Under the pieces are notes generated by a model. That model was not told the origin of the DNA. It did not search any database and saw nothing but the letters and a program-made list of their open reading frames with translations. Positions 58,901-64,000 of a stretch of 64,000 bases of DNA are shown in pieces. Location of the stretch: assembly GCA_963704645.1 (NCBI GenBank), contig OY969926.1:736001-800000 (forward strand), given 5' to 3'. The position numbers and the translations under genes were made by a program. Source of the stretch: an uncultured bacterium. GTDB taxonomy: Bacteria > Patescibacteriota > JACMRA01. Within the stretch, counting starts at the first letter, position 1; every line of letters begins with the position of its first letter.

Positions 58901-60762
58901 TTGGCTGTACCTGAATAATAACCGGAAATTACTATAGCTCCATTTGCTGAGTCATTTCCCATAGATTGTTTACGTGTGAAACCGTCTCTAGTGCTTCCAC
59001 CTGCCTTTGTAGCCCAGATATAATTTCCAGAGCTATCAAGTTTTGCAATATAAATATCTTGTTCACCGCTACTGGTAAGCGTTGTGGACCCCAGTGTAAT
59101 TGTTCCAGAAAATTCTCCAGATACATACTGTCCAGTACTATCTACTACCATACCACGAGCTCCGTCATAACCAACTGAACCTAAAGATCTAATGTTTTGA
59201 TATTGTCCAGAAATAAAATTTGAACCAGTTGCAGTAATATTTGTACCTCCAGCTACTGGGCCCGAGCTTACGTTTACACTTGAAATAGTGGGTGGAGGAG
59301 TGGGGTTAGTTGTCCAATTGGCACTAAATCCACTGGATTCAACTGTTCCATTAGAAGTAAATATAATAAGTAGTGTACCAGAAGTGGATGTGATAGTTCC
59401 TGGAAGGGTATTACCTGAAAAAGTTCCCAATAAAGGACTTGAGGTGGTTATCCCATCGTATATTTTAACCTCATCATTAACATTTTCAGTATTAAAAGAT
59501 GTGAAATTCAAAGCTATAGAATCTGCATTGCTTGGAGCAATAATAAATCTACAATTTGAATTTGCCAGATAATCAATTGGTCCTGAGCTTACTGTTCCAG
59601 AGTTTGTATTATATGTCTTATCGCCCTGACAAGCTTTGCTGGTTACACTAATAATTGTTGCAATTACACTGTTTGAAGTATAGTTTATTCTAACCCTAAC
59701 ATCATTTATTACAGAACTTGGCCCCCAGCCTTCTGCAAGAATTGAGTAACCTTCTGGTGCATTTGAAAATTCACCATATATACTAGCTCCTCCAGTTGTG
59801 CCCATAAGAGTGTAGGCCTCCCCAATATTATAAGATCCAAAGAATCTCATGCTTACAGTTCCATTGCTTAGATACATGTCGTTACTTATATATGCAACTC
59901 CATTATTGCCTACGCCTGAGGCATCAACCCCAAAATTTCCTGAATTTAAATTATAACTATTGAAATTTGTAACGTTGCCTGGATATAGATTTATACCATT
60001 ACCATTCTGTGTGAAGTTGTTGATTGTTGGTGTACCTGTTAGCAATACTCCTCCGGTACTGTACATTGGGCCGTCAATGATTGTATTTCCAGTTGGTTGT
60101 AGAAAAGACCCTTCATTATTTGTAGTTACTCCACTTTCGATGGTGGCATTTTCTAAGAGCTGAGTTCCATTGCCAACTTTTGTAAAAGTGCCAGTCCCTG
60201 TCATTGTACCAGAGAAATTATAAGTAGCATTGTTGTAGCACCCAGTAGTTAAAGTGTAACCACCTGCAATTTCTACTCTGCCACCACCATTTATTCCACA
60301 AAAAACTGCATCAACTTCAAAAATAAATCTACCCCCTCCGCCTGATTGAGTATCTAAACTTTGCCAGTTACTTATACTTCCACCAGTTAAAGTGTAATCA
60401 CTGTTATTTAGAGGTTCTACAATAAAAGCACCATATACACTTAGATATAAGTCATTATTTAGGTAATAATTATTTGCACTACTTGGGAAGTATAATGTGT
60501 CATAATCTTCTGGAACTCCAGAACCAGTTGGGCAGCTTGACCAGTTTGCTGGATCGCTGAAATTACCTCCGTTGTCACCAGACCATGTACAAGTTGCAGC
60601 AGAAGCGGTTGTTTTATTGGCATTTTGTATTGAAAAACTTATTCCAACTGCTACTAAAAGCAAGAATATTGCTAGGCCAATTAATATAAATTTGTTCTTA
60701 AAAAGTTTTTTTAGCCAATTAGAACGATATAAACCACTTATTTGGTTTTTCTGGGGTAGCAT
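52987..60762 (-). CDS. Giant surface protein (~2590 aa): beta-helix-like region, CUB domain, beta-propeller, IPT/TIG, two RCC1-repeat propellers, 4-Cys repeats, C-terminal WxL-like domain (probable start ATG 60762)
   Basis: Signal ASA|A; FTKVGNGT; Y.ANSNC.F.I...F..FNTE..D.V.IYDG...SG (CUB); GNYIWA repeats; many HTCALL..G.VRCWG....GQLGYG repeats; GGT...TPAH..G.V.V (IPT); EDLRGSQAGWSL...AQAYVGTLICSVS. Confidence 0.9.
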   Translation of the reverse strand: MLPQKNQISGLYRSNWLKKLFKNKFILIGLAIFLLLVAVGISFSIQNANKTTASAATCTWSGDNGGNFSDPANWSSCPTGSGVPEDYDTLYFPSSANNYYLNNDLYLSVYGAFIVEPLNNSDYTLTGGSISNWQSLDTQSGGGGRFIFEVDAVFCGINGGGRVEIAGGYTLTTGCYNNATYNFSGTMTGTGTFTKVGNGTQLLENATIESGVTTNNEGSFLQPTGNTIIDGPMYSTGGVLLTGTPTINNFTQNGNGINLYPGNVTNFNSYNLNSGNFGVDASGVGNNGVAYISNDMYLSNGTVSMRFFGSYNIGEAYTLMGTTGGASIYGEFSNAPEGYSILAEGWGPSSVINDVRVRINYTSNSVIATIISVTSKACQGDKTYNTNSGTVSSGPIDYLANSNCRFIIAPSNADSIALNFTSFNTENVNDEVKIYDGITTSSPLLGTFSGNTLPGTITSTSGTLLIIFTSNGTVESSGFSANWTTNPTPPPTISSVNVSSGPVAGGTNITATGSNFISGQYQNIRSLGSVGYDGARGMVVDSTGQYVSGEFSGTITLGSTTLTSSGEQDIYIAKLDSSGNYIWATKAGGSTRDGFTRKQSMGNDSANGAIVISGYYSGTANFGSTTLSGSTGSNIFIAKIDKATGAFIWAKTGGGSSNTVFETGTEFPYQFGSNVDTDSAGNIYFSGKTQGPTATFGGISFNIPSPFGELYIAKLNSSGDFQWVKHYSHTTITDPLDLGGNNGQSHGLAVDLSNNIYVALGYRETITIGSTTLTSLSTSNIAVVKLDSSGNEVWAVNGGTNGAVNQNSDLPYGIGIDSSQNIYLTGYIGGALGTFGGINIAGSATGSTVFTAKLDPSGNYLWVRALPGAGFATSRDIHVDANNKVWIAGGYTNALSDGNKTISGNGTNAFFAQYDTSGNLVQLNSIGGTGGQLAVGGVGGNQVRAVYEYDGKLYIAGEYFDTIGIGGRTITSAGNQDGFYTYYSPDDISIKIDGIEVIANFVSATQLNFTTPPNTTGFKDIVVTNYNGQSYTLVNGFEYIGEPITNDNISSMVCSPSSTNIDTTVDCVITTNININTLGGNVNVRIGPGGAITSCPVSGAGTTIICNNIAVGSTTGIYASQYNGSGSGSIYLDGNNITVTAPTVTINPIAGSTLGGTLVTASIANATFSDGPDVIQTSVGQAHTCALLNTGNVKCWGYGYYGSLGYGNTNSIGGNGTPANAGNVDVGGFVTQISTGQNHTCALLSNGNVRCWGEGSYGQLGYGNTNSIGDDETPASAGDVNVGGTVTQISTGAYHTCALLNTGNVRCWGYGNYGSLGYGNGDIIGDDETPAIAGDVNVGGTVTQISAGGLHTCALLSNGNVRCWGYADSGQLGYGNTNYIGDDETPAVAGDVNVGGTVTQISAGGSYNCALLSTGNVRCWGANNAGQLGYGNTNNIGDDEIPSVAGDVSIGETVTQISTGESHVCALLSTGNIKCWGNSDYGRLGYANTSYIGDDEIPSNISNVNVGGTVIQISTGAYNTCVLLSTSNVKCWGDASYGQLGYANYNQIGDNETPASIGTISVVNPSEITPVSITFDGLQATSVTYVNNTTITGITPAHAVGTVNVVITDGLNTAFNLTNAYTYVAPRPVLNSDISSMLCSPSTRPTNTTVNCVITTNINTNALSGSVNVRIGSSGAVTNCLVTGIGSTITCNNVAVGGVAGTFTSQYNASGSGSSYLNGNNITVIPGPSITLDPIVGPAAGGTFVTATIADGQFSNNIGVIQTVSGWDHTCALFSNNNVKCWGANYYGQLGYGNSTNIGDNELPSTVGFVNLGGPVSKITASGGYTCALLSSGSVKCWGANYDGQLGYGDTTQRNSPGGDVNVGGTVVDIVAGNSHVCVLLSAGNVRCWGEASSGQLGYGDTTQRNSPGGDIDLGGTVTKLSAGSYHNCAILSAGNVRCWGDGFAGQLGYGNNNNIGDNETPASAGDINVGGSVIQIGGGYRHTCAVLSAGNVRCWGEASSGQLGYGDTTDRNSPGGDVNIGGTVTEIAVGEDHVCALLSAGNLRCWGANWAGQLGYGNENYIGDDELPFTVGDVSVGGIVAKLSTTTSYGTTCIILNTGGMKCWGDSYGGKLGYPNTNNIGDDELPSTFGEIQLLSNLEVGTLVISFDGLPATSVTFVNSTTMTGYTPAHAAGPVNVVITDGSNASYAIGNGFTYQSASLSAILNSNISSMLCSPSSTLIDTTVDCTITTNVDQNTLSGSVNVRVGTNGSVVNCPLAVSGTTLICNNINVGSAAGIFASQYNATGSNSAYADGNSITVTAPVTYPIQTSDITSMLCSPTSVGTNSTVNCTITTNVNLNTLNGSVNLRIGSGGTITNCPVVGSGTSLICNNIPVGSVEGTFTSQYNASGSGSTYLDANNITTTSGGANCSNGLGGSNSQGNTAITNILLCLNGGNLTLTSPSVANFTSVTAATTEQSTSANLNGITVEDLRGSQAGWSLVCKSSNLTGVLDNSWVLPLYKDSASKFGITPSTLQVVTGFGALEGLTDYTERQSTTQLTGEGSDGESNNFNLSSFPSNYGVGKFEKDITLDFTVPAYIRAQAYVGTLICSVS

Positions 60763-60882
60763 ATATGTATTTTGTTTTTGTTTTTGTTTGGTAGTTTCAA
60801 CCAAGTTTCAGCAATTATACAGTAAAAAAAAGAATCTGTCTAAAATTTTTGTTGAAAGGCAAATTTTAAGGTTAGGGAATTC

Positions 60883-62280
60883 TTACCTGCCACTATTATT
60901 GTATTTTTGGTACAAACTATCTTTAATTTTTTTCAATTCTTCCCTGGGTAAAACTGATAAAATTTCCCAGGCAATGTTTAAAGTTTGATCAATGCTTCTA
61001 TTTTCTTTCCCTTGGTTTAAGAATTTTTGTTCGTACAGCTTTTTAAACTGCAAATACTTTTGACCAACTTCAGAAAGTGAGTCTATGCCTAGTACTAAAG
61101 CCAATTCTTCTTGCCGGTTTGCTTCAGCTAAAGTTGCAAAAATCTGGTCGGCTAGGGCAGAGTGATCTTCTCTGGTTTTACCTTCACCTTGCCCCTTATC
61201 TTTTAGCCTGGAAAGTGATTTTAAAATGTTTATTGGAGGAAAAACTCCCTTTTGAATTAAAGATCTGTCTAGCGTAATTTGTCCTTCAGTAATGTAACCT
61301 GTTAGGTCGGGGACTGGATGAGTTATGTCATCGTTAGGCATTGTTAAAATAGGAATTTGGGTGATATTACCTTCAAGGTTTTCTACCACGCCAGCACGTT
61401 CAAGCAAAGTAGCTAAATCTGTGTATAAGTAGCTAGGATAGCCAGCTCTTCCCGGTATCTCCTTTTTTGCGGCCGAAACTTCTCTTAAGGCGTTGGCGTA
61501 ATTGGTTAAATCGAAGGTTAATGTTAATACAGAATAGCCTAATTCGTAAGCTAAATATTCTGAAACAGTTAACGCCAGTCTTGGGGTTAAAATTCTTTCT
61601 ACAACAGGGTCGGAAGCTAGATTTGCGAAAATTACCGATCTGCTTATAGCTCCGGTTTCTTGAAGCGATTTAATTAAATAGGCGTACTGATCTTGGTTAA
61701 TGCCCATGGTTCCAACAACCACAGCAAAAGGTTTCTCATCATTGGTAGTAGCCTGAGAAGCAATTTGGGTAAGTAATTCTAAGTCGGGCATTCCGCTTCC
61801 AGAAAAAATTGGTATTTTCTGACCTTTTACAACAGTATTTGTTAAATCTATACTTGAAATTCCTGTTTGAATAAAACTGTCTGGCTCGGCTCTTCTGTAT
61901 GGGTTTATTGCTGAACCATAAATATCTTTGTTTTGAAGGGGAAGGGGAAGGTTGATGTCATATTTAATACCTTCCAATTCAAGTTTCCCATCTATTGGTT
62001 TGCCAAGTCCGTTAAAAATTCTACCTAAAATAGAAGGAGACAGACTAATTTTTTTGGTTTCCCCTGTGAAAACGGCAACGCTATTTTGCAAAGAAATACC
62101 TGCAGAAGACTGAAATAATTGAACTATGGCTACATCTTTTTCTAATGCAATTACCTGGCCGTCTAACTCTTTTCCGTCTGATGTTTTAATTTTTACTAGC
62201 TCTAAGTAAGAAACTTTGTCTGTTTTGTCTATAATTAATAAAGGCCCTTGTAAAGAATTTAAGGAAGTATAGCTGATCAT
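60883..62280 (-). CDS. atpB: V/A-type ATP synthase subunit B
   Basis: [77 protein letters not shown]. Confidence 0.96.
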   Translation of the reverse strand: MISYTSLNSLQGPLLIIDKTDKVSYLELVKIKTSDGKELDGQVIALEKDVAIVQLFQSSAGISLQNSVAVFTGETKKISLSPSILGRIFNGLGKPIDGKLELEGIKYDINLPLPLQNKDIYGSAINPYRRAEPDSFIQTGISSIDLTNTVVKGQKIPIFSGSGMPDLELLTQIASQATTNDEKPFAVVVGTMGINQDQYAYLIKSLQETGAISRSVIFANLASDPVVERILTPRLALTVSEYLAYELGYSVLTLTFDLTNYANALREVSAAKKEIPGRAGYPSYLYTDLATLLERAGVVENLEGNITQIPILTMPNDDITHPVPDLTGYITEGQITLDRSLIQKGVFPPINILKSLSRLKDKGQGEGKTREDHSALADQIFATLAEANRQEELALVLGIDSLSEVGQKYLQFKKLYEQKFLNQGKENRSIDQTLNIAWEILSVLPREELKKIKDSLYQKYNNSGR

Positions 62281-62511
62281 GCTACTAGAACAGTTAGGCA
62301 GCTGTTTTTAGTCAAGGTGGCTTGGGCGAGGGGAGATAAGTGGTGAAGAAGATACTTTGTGATTCAAACTTAGAGATTTACACATAAGAATTGAACAAAA
62401 CTACCCTTCCAACCTAAGCAATGGTAAATGCTAAGTACACTATGAATATTCTAGAAATAAAAAATACCCCTGGTAAGTAAACTGGTGCAGGTTGAGCTTG
62501 TTTCAACCGAC

Positions 62512-62575
62512 ATGTTTGCCCGAAGGGGTCAAGCCGAAGGCTTGGGGGTAGCGCCGCAGGGTTTGAGGGTAGTTT
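62512..62575. repeat. GC-rich palindromic intergenic element
   Basis: gcccgaagggg / aagccgaaggctt hairpins in an AT-rich background. Confidence 0.45.
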
Positions 62576-62643
62576 TGGAATGCGGGATTAAGACTTTATG
62601 TATTTGATTTTGTTTTTCTCTATTTCCTTGTCACACCCCAAGT

Positions 62644-63525
62644 GGGAGGCGGCAAGCATCTCCCCTACAGAGTGTTGTTGAGTTAAAGTATTCCCATACT
62701 AAAGTCCACTCCCCATCCCCTTACCCCTGGGAGATGACAAGCATCTCCCCTACAGAGTGTTGTGAATTTCAATGATTACCCCCTACAACCCACTTCCTCC
62801 AATACTAGTAACTCCAATAGAACCAGCTTTGAAATCGTAGTTGGAATAGATTAGATAGTTCTTTGTAGTGTTTGTAGTTGTATTTGTAGTTATTGCAGTT
62901 ATTTCAAAGTCTACATTGAATAATAGTTGATTTGCTTTAAGAAGGTTTCCTGTACATCCTGTAGTATTATTGTATGTAGAGTTTGTTGTTAATATTCTGT
63001 AGCTTGTATCTGTTCTGAATTTATATTTTATGGAACATGTTGTAGTAAATCCAGATTGTTCTAATCTTGTATCTTTTAGAGTTAGTATTAGGTTATCTGA
63101 GTTTGTAGAACCAGAAGCTCCATATCTTTTGGCTAGGGCTTGGGTTGGGCTGTAGGTTAGTGCTGTTTCGAATAGGGCACATGGGTTAGTTGTGGAACAT
63201 AGTGAATCTATTACATTTACTGTTTCTCCTGTAGGTGTTATTGTTTCAGTTCCTATTTGTCCGTTAATAGGTTGTGTTCCAAGAAGTGTTCCTGTTGGTA
63301 CGTTAATACAAGTTACTAGACTAGAGTTTATTCCTGTTCCTACAGTACAAGTTCCTGCAGGGGTTGCATTACCTATTCCTAGTTTGAAGTTATTTGGTAA
63401 TGTTTTGTTTGTAGGAAGAGTGAAGGTACAAGTTGTTGTAGTGTTTACTCTTACTGTTCCAGGAGTTCCTCCTACTCCACATGTTACTGTAAGGGAAGGG
63501 ATGTCGGTTGTGGTTAGGGGGGAGG
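62644..63525 (-). repeat. Repeat copy 3 (inverted relative to 25686-26539) including a GTAG-hairpin doublet
   Basis: Near-identical to the 3' 743 bp of gene 24248-26428 plus ~110 bp downstream. Confidence 0.95.
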
Positions 63526-64000
63526 AAGAGAAGTTTATTGTAGCAGCTGAAGTTGATGTAGTTTGTCCATCTCCTGCCAGGGTTACGTTTGGTAGAGTTA
63601 TGCTAGAAGTTGTTGGATTGGTTGGGGTTAGCATTTTGTATTGGATGTAGCCTGTTCCGTTGTTTGGGTCTAGGGTGTCAATGTATGCCACAGGTGATTG
63701 GTTAAACAAACTGAAACCACTCAAGCCAGCAGGACAAGTATAGGTTATTGAGGTGTTGCTTGTAAATCCAGCGTTGTACTGTATAGTTACATAGTCATCA
63801 TTTGGTTGGTAGGCAGATCTAATATACTGACATTCTTTAACTGCTAAATATCTTCCTCCTAAACTATCTTGTGATTCGTTAGCAGGTTGGTTTGCAAGTG
63901 TTAGTCCATTTGTTCCAGCAGGACAAGCAAATGCGTTACCAGTTGCTGAATTGCTAAAGCCTAAGTCATACTGTACTGTAGAATAATCATCATTTGGTTG
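62783..64000 (-). CDS. Third surface protein with the shared C-terminal domain (5' end beyond the window)
   Basis: Frame is open to 64000 (QPNDDY...CPAG recurs at ~64-aa spacing). Last ~247 aa nearly identical to the 24248-26428 product. Confidence 0.9.
   Translation of the reverse strand, partial: QPNDDYSTVQYDLGFSNSATGNAFACPAGTNGLTLANQPANESQDSLGGRYLAVKECQYIRSAYQPNDDYVTIQYNAGFTSNTSITYTCPAGLSGFSLFNQSPVAYIDTLDPNNGTGYIQYKMLTPTNPTTSSITLPNVTLAGDGQTTSTSAATINFSSSPLTTTDIPSLTVTCGVGGTPGTVRVNTTTTCTFTLPTNKTLPNNFKLGIGNATPAGTCTVGTGINSSLVTCINVPTGTLLGTQPINGQIGTETITPTGETVNVIDSLCSTTNPCALFETALTYSPTQALAKRYGASGSTNSDNLILTLKDTRLEQSGFTTTCSIKYKFRTDTSYRILTTNSTYNNTTGCTGNLLKANQLLFNVDFEITAITTNTTTNTTKNYLIYSNYDFKAGSIGVTSIGGSGL

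Noticed and set aside
23635-63525. Diversity-generating retroelement (TR/VR) explanation for the repeated tails
   Set aside because: Copies 1 and 2 are identical. Copy 3 differences (AAC/AGC, ACC/ACA, TCT/AGT) are not confined to adenines of one template, and there is no reverse transcriptase in the window.
25686-63525. Shufflon/phase-variable inversion via the 854-bp inverted repeat
   Set aside because: Inversion is geometrically possible but would only exchange near-identical tails, leaving both proteins essentially unchanged. No invertase is seen.
2-64000. Genetic code 25 or 4 with frequent UGA sense use
   Set aside because: Very long Gly- and Trp-containing ORFs are uninterrupted under code 11. 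Only the absence of TGA stops is supported.

Overview
AT-rich bacterial DNA whose gene content suggests a Patescibacteria/CPR-type genome (inference). Clues are an archaeal-type TyrRS, a bS21-like gene before ftsA, an HTH-fused EgtD-like methyltransferase, an isolated V/A-type ATPase B subunit, mostly SD-less genes and few metabolic genes. Housekeeping content: partial murD, tyrS, trpS, rpmB, rplS, rpsU-like, ftsA, xseA, SOD, BCP, Hsp20, a pseudouridine synthase and six tRNAs. There is also an ArsR-thioredoxin-rhodanese operon and a parDE module. Three things stand out. (1) A modular cell-surface protein system: a WxL-like/DUF916-like pair plus four large Cys-module proteins. Three of them end in a near-identical ~125-aa C-terminal domain carried on a 541-bp direct repeat and a ~854-bp inverted repeat, and all four are followed by a GTAG-hairpin doublet. 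(2) None of the 57 credible genes ends in TGA (35 TAA, 22 TAG), and TGA does not interrupt the long ORFs. (3) Four fast-diverging orphan genes around tRNA-Asn share a conserved ~75-nt promoter/leader and a terminator tail. All calls come from reading the sequence and recognising motifs by eye; no searches were run.
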